Of a DNA stretch of 64,000 nt, positions 33,591 to 45,963 are shown in pieces. The notes under the pieces are model-generated. The model did no database searches and was not told the DNA's origin. It was given only the letters and a program-made list of their open reading frames with translations. Location: the NCBI RefSeq assembly GCF_025526975.1, contig NW_026515678.1:1-64000 (forward strand), written 5' to 3'. A program made the position numbers and the translations under genes. This DNA is from Fimicolochytrium jonesii. Its lineage: Eukaryota. Positions within the stretch are counted from its first letter, which is position 1. Each line of letters begins with the position of its first letter.

Positions 33591-35048
33591 CTAAAACTGC
33601 AACTTCCCCGCCCCAACCCCCTCCAAAACCCTCCTCCTCACATCCACAACCTCATCCATCACATACCCATACGGCACCGTCATCCCCTCCGCAACCTTCG
33701 TAATCTCCACCTTCCCTTCCCCAAACTCATTGCCCCTTTCCAACACCTCCCCATCCACCTTCGACCCGGTCGTAAACACGGGCGTGGTGACGTTCGCGAA
33801 GATGTTATTCTCGACAAGGACGCGGGCACCCATACGCGAGTGCACGCCGGAGCTCATATCCTCAAACAGGTTGTTGTACACATGGCCGGTGCCGAATCGG
33901 AGGGAGGGGGTGCGGGAGCCGACGGAGTGGAAATGGTTGTGGTGGTACGTCACATGCAGACGGCCGGTGTCCTCGTCGCCATCGTCGTCGGACGCACCGA
34001 CCAGCGAGACTTTGAAGTGGTCGGAGAACGCGTTCCAGGATACGGTGATGTAGTCCCCCGCGTGGGTGATGTCCAGCAACCCGTCGTAGAAGTCTTTGCC
34101 GTGGTCGCGGTCGGAGGAGAAGGTGTTGTGGTCGATCCAGACGTGGGAGGATTGTTGGATCTGGATGGAGTCGATACCGACGGGTTTGGTGAAGTGGAGG
34201 TTGCGCACGATGACGTTTGTGGTGTTTTTGGTGATGGCTAGTCCGCCGCCTGTGAAGCCTGACGGGATGGTGGGGGAGCCGAGGAGGGTGGTGTGCGAGT
34301 TGATGTGGAGTTGACGGATGGCGGTGAGGTCGAGGAGGCCGGTTAGGATGATGGTTTTGGGACTGGTGGAGGACAGGGCGGCGGTGAGGGAGGCGAGGTC
34401 GGAGACGTGGGTGGTTGGGCCGGTTGCGCCCCCGGTTGTGAGGCCGTTGGTGAAAGCGAATCCTTCTCCGACTGAGGAGGTAGGGGGTACTTGAGGGGTC
34501 CCGGTGGGACTGGGTGCGGATGGCGCTGCGGTGGATTCGGAGGGGATCTCGGTGGATGCCGAAGGCACCTCGGTAGATTCAGAGGGCGCCGCGGTGGATG
34601 CGGATGGCGCTGCGGTGGATTCGGAGGGGATCTCGGTGGATGTCGAAGGCACCTCGGTAGATTCAGAGGGCCCCGCGGTGGATGCGGACGGCGCTGCGGT
34701 GGATTCGGAGGGGATCTCAGTGGATGTCGAAGGCACCTCGGTAGATTCAGAGGGCGCCGCGGTGGATGCCGACGGCACGGCAGTAGACTCCGAAGGCACC
34801 TCAGTAGACACAGAAGGCGCCTCCGTAGATCCTGCGGATCGCGTGCTCGTACGCTCAGGCTTCTCGGTCTCCGTAGAAGCCGCCTCGGTCGTCGTGGTCA
34901 CCGCAGGGACATCCACAACGGTCGTCGATGTAGGCTGCACGCTCACCGCGGTAGACGAATGCAGACGCGCATGACAACGCTGCGGGACGGCCGCGGCGTT
35001 CGCGACTGTGGCGCCGAGGAGGGTGAGGAGGATGAGTGCGGCGCGCAT
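33591..35048 (-). CDS. Secreted pectate lyase (PL1) with Ser/Thr/Pro/Glu-rich repeat linker
   Basis: Signal peptide MRAALILLTLLG; NVIVRNL, VWIDHNTFS, DGLLDI, VTYHHNHF, RTPSLRFG and HVYNN motifs. Confidence 0.93.
   Translation of the reverse strand: MRAALILLTLLGATVANAAAVPQRCHARLHSSTAVSVQPTSTTVVDVPAVTTTTEAASTETEKPERTSTRSAGSTEAPSVSTEVPSESTAVPSASTAAPSESTEVPSTSTEIPSESTAAPSASTAGPSESTEVPSTSTEIPSESTAAPSASTAAPSESTEVPSASTEIPSESTAAPSAPSPTGTPQVPPTSSVGEGFAFTNGLTTGGATGPTTHVSDLASLTAALSSTSPKTIILTGLLDLTAIRQLHINSHTTLLGSPTIPSGFTGGGLAITKNTTNVIVRNLHFTKPVGIDSIQIQQSSHVWIDHNTFSSDRDHGKDFYDGLLDITHAGDYITVSWNAFSDHFKVSLVGASDDDGDEDTGRLHVTYHHNHFHSVGSRTPSLRFGTGHVYNNLFEDMSSGVHSRMGARVLVENNIFANVTTPVFTTGSKVDGEVLERGNEFGEGKVEITKVAEGMTVPYGYVMDEVVDVRRRVLEGVGAGKLQF
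34517..34822 (-). repeat. Coding tandem repeat (21-bp subunits in an 84-bp higher-order unit) encoding STAAPSA/STEVPS-type heptads
   Basis: GGCGCTGCGGTGGATTCGGAGGGGATCTC.GTGGATG.CGAAGGCACCTCGGTAGATTCAGAGGGC recurs three times. Confidence 0.85.
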
Positions 35049-36772
35049 TGTTGTGTTTGTCTGCAACTATATCGTGTGGGAAGGTGTAGCTGGCCAGCAG
35101 CTTATTAAAACACCAGTCTTAAAGAACGAAGAAAGCAGGCGGGCGGGCGGCTAGCGCTCTGATGCTCTTATACCCTTGACTGTTAGAACTCTGAAGAGTG
35201 AAGCTTGCCAAACGGGGATAAACCCGAGGATCCATCGTCCATCCACAACATATGGATCGTCGGCCCCATCCAGCATCACCTCTGCAAGGTACGGGGTCGT
35301 GCGTCTTGTCTTCTCAAGAAAAGGGTCCCCAGTCTGCAGAGACTTGACCGGTGCAGTCGGGATCCCGAGTCCTGCCTTGCGATGTCAACCAGTTGCGAAG
35401 GATTTTGTTGTTGCCCGAGTGCGGTTTCCTTATGAAGATTTTTGCGCGGTTGGAGCCGTATGCGGGGAAAAAAATCCTTCGATTATGGAATGTCGGAGTG
35501 CGCGATTTGACAGCGGAGTCATCATGTCCGGTCAATCAACGCGTTTCACGTTTTTGTTCAGTGTGCGGAACATGGTTCAAAAACCCGCATGCTGCAGGAT
35601 ATATCATCGTAACTTTCAAAAGAGAAAAAATGTTAGGATAACGAGTCAGGAAAACCCTTTAGGATAGATACTCGTAAGAAACTGGAGGTTTACGCCTATC
35701 GCTAAGCGTCCCGGCACCTCTTCTCCCGCGGTGTCTGTTCCCAGGCCCGACGTGGTTGCACGACACACAGGCAGACGCCTTGCAGCCATCTCAAGATCCC
35801 GATTTACTGCCCCCTTAGCTCGTAACCTCCTTCACATTGGACCGTCGATGCAGCTTACTTGAGACCTTGCGTTGGCCCCCCTCCTACCTCCAAAATCGCA
35901 TACGGAACGTAGCCTTCTTCGGGCAATTGCTCAGGGTGCTAAGCGCTCCAAATACAATGCCTCGATGATGTTCCTGGGAAGGTCCATCTATCAGCTTCTT
36001 CGTCAGTGGTTCTCATGCCGACCGATCCGTTTTCCAAAACGTCCTGTTCGATTCCCCCGCGTAGCGGCCTTTCTTTCCGTCGACGGTGGTAGGTGGGACT
36101 TAATCCCAGGGGAGTGCAACCATGTCCTTGATCGAGAAAGAAGAAGACACGGATGCAATCTGATGGTCGTGTCGGCCAAGGTCATTTGGATATACCCCGC
36201 TCCGTACCGCCCGAAATCGCCAGTCGGCCGGTTCTTATCGGATCTGGGCTCATCAGCCATGGCAACAGCACCCCTAGAACATTCCCGCCAGACAAATCAA
36301 CACGCCTCTTCCCCAATCCTTGCCATCGCTCAAACTAGTCACGCCAACGGTTCTCCGGCTTGCCGCTGGCGACAAGCTCCAGAATATCGGCAAGCTTCTC
36401 TTCATGGATAACTGTGCACCGCGGGCATTCCCCCGTCTTTCTGTGCCGGCGTCTCAAGTTGATCTTCCCTTCAGCCCAGACCGATTGTCGCGTTCCAAAA
36501 GTTGCATCACGTCAGCAGAGTTCAATATCGTGTCCTTCCATTTCATGCCAAGAAGCACGCAGGACTCGTAATGCAACTGTAGGAAGTGCAGTTATTCCAA
36601 AGCTTCAAACTTCCTGTTTGTCTGAGTGTTATGAAAGCTATGATCGAGGGGGATCGTATATTCAACACCCGACGATCGTATAGGTCGTGTTTACAGCACT
36701 ATCACGCCTACGGGGGTATCTAACAATACGTAATCACAGTGTAAAGACCAAAAATGCCCTTGAATAAACCCA

Positions 36773-37894
36773 TCAAGGCAACTCATCCAACCCCTCCAAA
36801 ACCCCCTTCGGCGGCATACACCCAATAAAACTCCGATCCAAGCTAGTCCCGCCCATCTCCCGGAACTTGACCCGGTCCGCGACATATATCTCGTCAGGGT
36901 ACTCCCATTCCGCGAAAGGTGGGGTCGTGCATCCTTCCCCCTCGTCGTCATCCTCCTCCTCGTCGGCGTCGGCGTCGCGTTCAGCGTCTGTGGTTTCTCC
37001 CTCCCCGCCACCAATCTCCAGCCCGAGATCCGCAAACGCGTCGTCTAGCAGAAGATCGATTTCCACGTCGGTGAGGGTGCAGGGTGTCGAAGCGTCGAGG
37101 CCTGGTTTCTCGGATTGGGTTGGGAGGATGGACTTCTCGGTGCTACTAGCCACAGCCACGTCGTCGGGGCGGAAGAGGTTGACGATAACCGGCGGGGGGC
37201 GGTAATAATCCCCTTTTTTGCGTTTATTCGTATTGGTGTGATGACTGTTGTTTCGATTCCGTGGGAGCCGTTTATTTTTGGGCCGGCCGTAGACCTGAGA
37301 GAACTCGTCGTGGCGGCGGTGGAAGGTCTGGCCTCTGTTTTTGAAGGAGGGTTGTTGTTGTTGTTGTGGCGGGCGGCGTTGTTGTGTTTGGTTAGAGGAC
37401 CAGCGGCGGTTTTTGTTCTGTTGGCGCGGTGGGGGGCGGTTTGATTGCCGGTTGGTATTCCCGCCGCTACGGGGGCCGTGGTAGGGATGTGCGGATTGAA
37501 GGGCCCCTGTATATGGATGGTTTGGATGCGATGAACTTGGCCCTGCGGACGATGGGCCGGGAAGACCACCGCCTCCTCCTCCGGTTGGTGGGAATATCAC
37601 CAGCCGCACCCCTGGCGGTGGCGGGCGAGAATACAGTGGGCCGCTGGTCAATTCGGGCGGTGGGAATGTGTCTGCGGTCGTGCTTGGGCGTTTTGAGGAG
37701 TTGGGACGGAAGGAGGGTCGGCGGTTTAGGGAGTAGGGTTCGAATGGTTGGTGGGTTGCTGTGATGGGTGGTTGTTGTTGAGACCTCGGTGCTCCGGGTT
37801 CTATCGTTGGTTTGCTGGCTGAGCGGTCGTCGGGGTGAGCGGGATGCGGCCGCTCTGGCGGAATTGGATGCGGTGGGTTGCTGTCTACCGACAT
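36773..37894 (-). CDS. Hypothetical low-complexity protein (P/Q/N/R-rich, acidic C-terminus)
   Basis: 373-aa ORF with an ATG start and codon style like neighbouring genes; no domain recognised. Confidence 0.5.
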   Translation of the reverse strand: MSVDSNPPHPIPPERPHPAHPDDRSASKPTIEPGAPRSQQQPPITATHQPFEPYSLNRRPSFRPNSSKRPSTTADTFPPPELTSGPLYSRPPPPGVRLVIFPPTGGGGGGLPGPSSAGPSSSHPNHPYTGALQSAHPYHGPRSGGNTNRQSNRPPPRQQNKNRRWSSNQTQQRRPPQQQQQPSFKNRGQTFHRRHDEFSQVYGRPKNKRLPRNRNNSHHTNTNKRKKGDYYRPPPVIVNLFRPDDVAVASSTEKSILPTQSEKPGLDASTPCTLTDVEIDLLLDDAFADLGLEIGGGEGETTDAERDADADEEEDDDEGEGCTTPPFAEWEYPDEIYVADRVKFREMGGTSLDRSFIGCMPPKGVLEGLDELP

Positions 37895-39690
37895 TTCCAG
37901 ACTTTCTGAGGGTTCCGGGTATTAGGAAACGGTGCAACTCGTCCTGCTTCGAGGAAGTCGGTGCTGTGTTTGAACTTGAATGGCCTGCAATGACATACAG
38001 TAAAACAGGTCGAGTGAGTGTTCGCTTATTTTGACCTTTCCATAACTCTCACACAGACTCCATGGCTCCATGATGATGGCCCTACCTTCTTTTCACACTC
38101 CGTTGCTTGCGTTATGCCTGTCGGTGTCTGGAACAATATGAGCTTGCTCGTCGATAACACGTTCGCCATGCCCGTTTGTGGGGTTCGTCGTCCCAAGGTC
38201 GCGTGGTGTGGGCTTGTCCTCAACCCCTCCCGTCATTCCACTGTCAATGGCAAGCCTCCCACGACCGCCCTTCCCGTTCATCTCTTTCGCAGACGTTTCT
38301 TTTTATTTGACCTGTATGCATAGACGAGAGCCACACAAATTCAAGAAACGCTATGCGGAAGTAGCCGACGAGGACTCGAAACCACCTAGCATAAGAGGGA
38401 GTAAATATGGGAGAAACGAGGACACTGCGTCCTACTTTCTCCTTTGTGTCGCAATCCCCGCTCCTTTTAGTGTAAAGCCATTGGTGAATATTGTTCGGGT
38501 TGGGGTTGATATCTCTTCCGAGCCAATGCGCGTGGGTGTAATATTGTTCTGCGTTGGCTGTTGTTTTGGTTTTGAGATTTTTGGTGCTTTCCAGTCGGGG
38601 GTGGACTGTGTCGGCGTGCATCATTCTAAGCATCCCCCCCATTGCTCCCTCAACCCCTCCTCCCCACCTACTCCTTCGCCCGCATCTTCCCATTCACAAC
38701 ATACATCTTCTTATTCGCAACATGCGCCATCGGAGGTGCTGGTGTTGACGGGAGCTGTGCTGCGGAGCTTAAGTGCCGCAGCCGGCTTCTTAGGTTTCTC
38801 GGCCGCCGCTTTTTTGCTGTTGATCTGCTTTTTCTCCAAACCATTACCATTGTAACCACCGCTGCCCTCCCCATGCACCGCATTGTCGGGGTCTTGATCG
38901 TTTCATCCATCCCGTTCTGATTGCCATCACCGTTACTACCCTCCCTGCGCGCCGCCATAGCGTTGTCAACGTGGCTTCCATCTGCTTCGTTCTGCACGCT
39001 GTTCCCCTCGCTACTCTCCCCACCACCCGTCATCATATCAGCGCCATTAGCATTCCCTTCATCCACTTCACCACCACGCCCTTCGTCCCCATCTTCAGCG
39101 TTCCTTGTTTCTTTGTTGTTGTTCTTTTTGTGTCTCTCACCTGCAAAGCCCACAAGACAGATCCTGCTCCATAACACCCTCCGATAGGCCTTGACGAGTG
39201 TATGTGGAAACGCCCCGATAGGCCCGTGGACTGTCTGGTGCTTCAGAGGATAGAGATTGTCGACCCCGCGCCAGAAGAGCCATTCGTCTCATAAGTGACC
39301 GGGGAGGAAGGCGCTGTTGGCGGCGGGGCGGAGCTCGGCGGGTAACTTGCCGTAGGTACTCGGAGTACCGGGACTGAAGATAGGGTGTGTGAGTACGAGC
39401 AAGGCTGACATTTGACAACAAATCCAGATGGGAATCTTCCCTACCAATCCATCAACGGTAACAAAAGGATCCCCCTTATTACAAGTCGTATCAAACTCTT
39501 CAGATGTGCCGTCTCCTCGCAGATGCGGGCTGAGTTCACCAAGGGTCTGGTTGGAGTACAGACCGCAACCATTTTTTTCTTCCGGGGCACCTCTATCGGC
39601 GGGAATGGTATGTCTGTGGGCAGGTTGTCGTCGCCTGTTGGGGGGTCGCCCGCTGGTGTCGGAGTTGAGCCCTCTTGCGAGTCTTGCGAT

Positions 39691-40914
39691 CCATGGCCTC
39701 AGCGCTCACATTCGGCAGACGCGGTTCGCGATTCTGACAGTAGTGCCCAGAAAGCCGTGCAGCCGTCTTCACGACAACAAATACATTTCTACTCGGGACG
39801 AGGAACGTAGTCCTCTAGCGTGTATGGACGAGGAGGAGGTTGCTTAGTAAGCTTCTCTATTTTTCTTCTCGAGTGACAGTGTATAAATAACAAGTCGTAG
39901 CCGTAGCTCCCTTTTCCCTTATCTCTTTTGAGCTATCGAGTGCTATGTCAAGCTACGGTGGGAGGGAGGGATGGTTAATGCGTGGTTGGAGGGAGCTAGC
40001 TAGCTATTCGGGAACGCTACTCTGCAGCACACTGAGCAGCGCATTTAGGACTTAATGGATTTGTCAAGCTTCACCTTGAGCTGACCGTGTGCATTGCAGG
40101 CCCGCTGGGCTAAGGGGATGACCGACTCAGCGAGGACAAGTCCCTCTGGTTCAGCAGTAAATTGAAAGAACTTCGTTGTGCGTGACCGCTTTCCACCTGT
40201 TTTCCCGGTGCTGTGATAGGTTGGGGCCCCACCATTGGCCATGGTGTAGATCTGCACCTCCTGCCATATGGTAATAGCTTGTCGGCCGCTGCCTGTATGT
40301 TTGGCTCTTGGTTGTTGCGGAACATAAACAATGTGGTACCGGCATTTGACGTGCGAGCCTTCCCCTTTCGCAGATTCAGCACCAATGTGCTTTGCGATAT
40401 ATGGAATCAGACATCAAATGAGCCCTGCAACCCTCGGAAGCAAAAGAAGCAGGGGCATGGGTTTCCCTGTCCTTTGCCGCTGCACGGAGCAACTGGTTCT
40501 GGGTCTGTGGCATCTCTCTAAAACACTTTCCCGAAGTCAATATGGGCTTCCCGGTTCTAAACTTTGGAGGACACCTTCATCATACCCTTTCTGTCAACAT
40601 CGTAGGAGGGCTTCTTCCACTTTTGCGGGGCGCCAAAGGTTTGCTAGTAGCACGTAGTTTGGGGGTCAGCGCTTTTCAGGAGTTCTGCTTGGTAAAAGTC
40701 CGCGGTGAGTAATTACTTTGTCCAACAGACCAGCTAGTGTTGCTCCTCATACCTGTTTTAATTATCCCACAAAGTCTCAGGTCAGTCGGGTGTGTGTGGT
40801 TTTGCCATTCCCCAAAGGAATGCTCAGAAAAGGAGCTGTGGAAAAGCGTCGGCGGAGTTGTGTATTGCCCTCGCGACGGACCCGCGTCTGCCGAATGTGA
40901 GCGCTGAGTCCATG
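39691..40914. mobile_element. Putative non-autonomous TIR element (about 1.2 kb, 34-bp inverted repeats)
   Basis: CCATGGCCTCAGCGCTCACATTCGGCAGACGCGG at 39691 and its reverse complement (1 mismatch) ending at 40914; broken minus-strand ORF pieces lie inside. Confidence 0.55.
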
Positions 40915-41090
40915 GCGGCCGGTCGGTGTTCCTTGTGCGCTTGTCGTTTGTTGTGGACGGACGCAGATGGACGCTGACCTTGACAACGGACTTCGACTTG
41001 CAGCAGGAGAACCGCTCCGAGGCTTCAGCACTCTCATCACTCCATAGATAGAATAGATATAGCATAGAGCTCTTTTGGGGTTAGAAAAAG

Positions 41091-42730
41091 ATGGCTGGCT
41101 CATCCGTTCCACGTCCGCACATTCCCGTTCGGAAAGACTCCAACCATTATGCCTTGCAGGAGGACGATGGAGCGCCACTACATCGGAGCGGCAAGGGCAA
41201 AGCGCCTCTCCGAGAGGTAGCTCATCCTCCACCGCTCTCCCAACCATCAACTCCAATATCCCCTAGCCATCCCGCTTCAGCACCAGCAAGTCGGACACAC
41301 TCCCCCACGACCGCCATCCCAGATCGACCCACAGCATTACCCCGCCCGAACCCCATCCCACAACCCCCCGCCATCGGTTCCCCGCCCCCACACCCCCCCG
41401 CCCAAATCCGCCCACGCACCGCTTCCCGCAACGCCGCCGCCACCGCCGGCGTCTTCCAACAAGCCTACGCCTACCTCCACCCCTTCGACACCGACCCCTC
41501 CCCCTTCGGCACCTCCCTCAAATGCCAGCTCTGTCTCGAGGTCTTCGCCACCCCCATCCGATTGCCCTGCTGTGAATCCCTTGTCTGCTCCACTTGTGTG
41601 AGGAGGTGGCTGAAGACTAGCAGATGTTGTCCGTGGTGTGGTGAGGTGATTGAGGTGGCGGAGTTGAGGCCCGAGAGGGAGGTCAAGAAGGTTGTGGATG
41701 AGTTGGATTGTTACTGTGTGAATAAGAGGCAGGGGTGTGATTGGGTTGGGCCTAGGAAGTATTTGCTTATTCATGTTGCTGAGGAGTGTCTTATGACCCC
41801 GAGAGGTATGTAACGATAGCGATCGAGTGTTGGCGGCCGAGCGTAAGCGAGGGCGACCAGAGCGGACACCCCCGCGAACGACAGCGAAGCGCGAGCAAGA
41901 GCGAGCCACATTGCGCAAAAGGCGGAATATCCCTAATCACGGCTCTTAGCGAGCCTCAGCGAGCTGAACTTACGCTACCCAGCATGCTTGTGGCGAGCGG
42001 AGCGAGCAATGTATCGTTCTCAACTGAAGCTGAATCACTCCTCGCTTCTCTTCTTCATTCAGTCTTGGCACGCAACGCCGCCTCCCCCTTCTACTTCTCC
42101 ATCCTCAACGAAACACCCACTGAGGAACGCGAAGACTCGGCGGTCATCACCGACCTCTTCCCGCGGACCGCCTCCTCCGTCCCTCAAACTCTTCCGGAGC
42201 GGTATCGAGGTCGTGGCCGCCAAAATAATCACAATAACAACGGTGATGAAGAAGATAACCCACCAAACGATACAATCGTCCCTACCCGCTCGACCTCACG
42301 CGCCCGTGAAGACGACGATGGGACAAAACCACGGCGACAGATCCCGTTCAAGAAAGCCGGTGCGAGGGGTAGTGTGCTTGTCCCGACCCGGACGCAGAGC
42401 GAATCGCCTTCTGCGGCCGACCGACGACCGCGTCCTGCACCACTTCTCACCACCAATGATAATTCCTCAATGTCTGATAGTGGATCCCTGCAAGCCGTCG
42501 TCGACACCTACTTCGCCTCCCAGCCGCGCGAATCATCAATAACAACGGCGGATGACAGTGATGAGTGGGAATCGGTCCATTCCTCATTGATGGCTGAACT
42601 TGATGCGGACTCGGTGCACTCGGGGGTGTTGGATGATTTGGATCACATCAATCTCTATAGATATGTTGAGCAGAGGAGGGTGCATGAACGGGAGGAGATG
42701 AAGGGTGTGAGGGGGGTTGGTGGGGAGTAG
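41091..42730 (+). CDS. RING-finger protein with following TRAF/Sina-type zinc finger (probable E3 ligase); intron after about 41805; 3' end uncertain
   Basis: CQLC...LPCC..LVCSTC...CPWC, then VDELDCYCVNKRQGCDWVG...HVAEEC. Confidence 0.75.
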
Positions 42731-44154
42731 ATGGAAGCGAGAGAGGTTTTGGACCCTTTGTTTTGCACCTGGCCCCGCATGGGACGGTAGCGGGGTTATC
42801 CTCATCGTCCGCGCCGTGCAACACCGGAGTGTTTTTTCACCGCCCCGTTTGTGGCTATGCAACCCTCGAGTCGGCCAGTGTTGCCTGGACTGGTCACGGA
42901 ATCACACAAATCCGCTGGACCCTTCCACCACTCGCCCCGGACTCGCTGTCCCACACGATAGCGAGTGCACTATACGCCCCCCGCACACAGATTCAGATAT
43001 TCCGTACCTCCCCGTTATATAGCACGAGTTGGTGTAGGCTAGTCTACCGTGCTGCCCGGGTAAGCGGGGAGAAGTTGCGCGCGATGGTGGCGATAGAGTC
43101 ATAGATGGGATGGGATTTGAGCCCAGTGGTGCTACTTGTGAACAGGAATTCAACATGTGCGCTCAAATGTGAGGCCGTTGTTCTTGCATGACCCCTTCGA
43201 TTTCCACTGATCGTGCCGGGATGGCCAGACCGGGAATTTGCTCTACTACAGAAAATGGTTACCCCTACACGGATAATGATGCGAAGACCCCTCCAGCCTC
43301 CCAGTCCTGTCAGACCCACCCCCCGTCATTCTCGCTTTACGTAACGCGAAAAGTCCGCCTCGTTTGACACCAGGCGATCTACAGTCCACTCGGAAGTTTG
43401 TTTTTGTCTGTCTGTTCCAACGCAGAGATGTGCTAGACACGGCAAAGGAAAACGAGCGTTTTTCTCTCAGTGGTGGGAATGGTGCACTCGGTATGGTCCA
43501 TGTCTAGACCCTATCCAAAGTTCGAAGAACGCCGCCGCACATAAAGTCGGACAAGTGCGATGCTATCTTTGGTCCAAAGGAACGCGGCCAAAAAACCGAA
43601 AACGTACTGTACTGTACTCCCAATTCCCTTCCATTGCCAAAACAAGCTTGACTCAAAAAAAAACAGTTGAATCACTTTTTGCTGGCGTAAACCTAGAAAG
43701 AGTAAATCATCCCAAGGGGATTACAACATCTCATCTCCCACCGCCAATCGGTTTTGGGAAGACACCTTTTGAGTTCCGCCGTCGCCAGTGAAGGGTTCTA
43801 GATGTCGCTTCCTCGGCCTAGACGGCTGCTGCAGAGAGAAGCGGGGGATGGAGCGGGTGAGTGGCCTCGCGGGCGGGGTGGATGGGGCTTTGGAGGGATG
43901 GGGATGCGGGGGCCTTAAGCTGGGTATACATACGTCCCTGCGAAAGTGGCGTCCGCGTGTGTGTGGGGGTTTTCTTTCCGAAAGCACACACTTGCCATAC
44001 CAACAACAGAAAATAAGACCCCGATTCCTCCTCCACTCCCGTTGTTTGCAACCCCCGTATTTTTTTTACATGTTGTGTTGATATACCGTTCCCGCATCAT
44101 CGTTGCCCAGCAGACACCGCCCATCCACCCGCGAGCTACCCCACCACCGCCGCC

Positions 44155-45544
44155 ATGTCCTCCCGCCTGTACTACACCACGACGGCCGCCCCGCAATCCT
44201 CCGCTTTGCCGTATCCACCCTTCTACCCCGCCGCGTCGCCAGGGAGCGGGGGCAGTCCGCCGGCGGCCGCCGCGGGGGGGTACGGCAGCTACGTGTACGT
44301 CGCGACGCAGGGCACGGGTGCCAACGGGCCGCTTGTGTTTGGACAGGGGGGGTACCAGCCGGTGCAGCCGCAGATCCACCCGCGCGCGATGCGCACGCAG
44401 CAGCAGCACACGCAGACGTATGCCGCGGCGCTGTTCACTCCGGGGTTGGGGAGAGCCGAGGCGGAGGCGGGGAACGCGAACGCGAGCATGAACACGGTTG
44501 GAGCGACGGGCAGCCCGGCCCGCGCGACGTGGGGCCGGACGCCGCCGCAGCAACGTGAACAACAGCAGCAGCTGCTGCAGGTGGAGACGGAACCGATCCG
44601 CCCGCAGTTCAGGAGCAAGATCGTGTGCGAGCTCACCTGTCGGCATTGCGAGGCTGTCGTCTGTCGACGTGGGATGAAGGCGATCTTGCTGGCGGATATG
44701 AATGTGCGTTGAAATCATCCCCCCCTCCCTTTTTTGCGGGCCCCCCCAGTGTTGTTTCTGCAAGTGCTTTTGTTGTTTGGTTTGGATCTGACACCCCCAT
44801 TTCCCCGGAAACCCACAGATCGAGCTGTTTTCCACAGACGTCCCTCCGCACGGTAATGCCCCCAGTCAGTCACCGTTCCCAGCGTATGCATCTGTTTTCA
44901 TCACCCGCTTTTCTCCATCCCCCCCCCCCCCGCAGGCGTCCAACTCGTCAACAACGACTACCAAACGCGCAACTGCTACTGCCGGATCCGCGACGTCGCC
45001 TGTTTGGGATGGTGCGTAAACCACATCCCCTCCTCCCCCCCATCTATTCTGACTCGCCCGATTATTTTTTTTGGTTGGCAGCGGAAACGTGATCGGATAC
45101 CACGTAACGCAACGTAAGTGAGGAATGTTCCCTCTGCGTTTCCGGATTCCCCCGCTCATGTTTTTGTTTCCCTTTTTTTTTTTTGGGGAACGACTGACCC
45201 ACAAACAGCATGCGAACCCTGCATGGAAGCCTGCAACAACGGCCATTTCTGGATGTTTCACATCTCGTGAGTTACACCCCAGGGACTCATCCCCCATCCT
45301 ATTTGGAGCGTTCTCGCCCCCGTTTCAATTCGCATGCCGCTGAAGAACATCTCCACCCGTTTTTAGTGAGGTCTCGTACGCGGATCGGTTGGATACCGGC
45401 GGTAAGACCCATGCCCCTCTTGTCCGCCCCTTAAATGTCTAATGAGATGTTTTTTAAGGCACCCGCGCCCTCCTATGGGCCCAGCTGCCCAAAGCGGACA
45501 CCGACTTGGGCCGCGCGGACGATTACGAGGCCATGTGTCGCTGA
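44155..45544 (+). CDS. FAM72-family protein, multi-exon
   Basis: LTCRHC..VCRRGMKAILLAD / ELFSTD / NCYCRIRDVACLG / GNVIGYHV / PCEPCMEACNNGHFWMF. Confidence 0.85.
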
Positions 45545-45570
45545 ACCTGTCGGCGGTTCACAATACAACA

Positions 45571-45601
<31 letters not shown>

Positions 45602-45963
45602 GTTGGTTGGGGCCTGATAGTCGTAGGCTGGTTAGTGGTAGGCTGTAGAAGGTAGAACCCCCCCCAACCAAACACCCCCTCCCAACATCCGTGCGTCCCC
45701 CTCGAAAAAAGAAAACAAACGTTGTGGATAACAATCGCTTTTTTTGTTGTGCGTTATGGGGCGCTTTTCGCAGACTAGAAAGTGCATGTCTTCGCTTTTG
45801 TTGTTCGTGCTGATTGCTTATCAAAAGATCCGATGCGATGTGACGGGGCATGCCAGATTATTTGTACAGGGGCGTGAATCAGGTATATATATACAGTAAC
45901 TAACGGTCTCGAAACACATAATAGGTAAGCATGACTACTGTATGTACATACGCCGCCGGCCAT

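Noticed and set aside
38178..39421. Low-complexity minus-strand ORF pieces (G/E/N-rich, K/A-rich)
   Set aside because: Broken by stops and frameshifts and no family recognised; not called as a gene.
45572..45600. Long poly-C run after FAM72
   Set aside because: Simple homopolymer; similar runs are common in this window.
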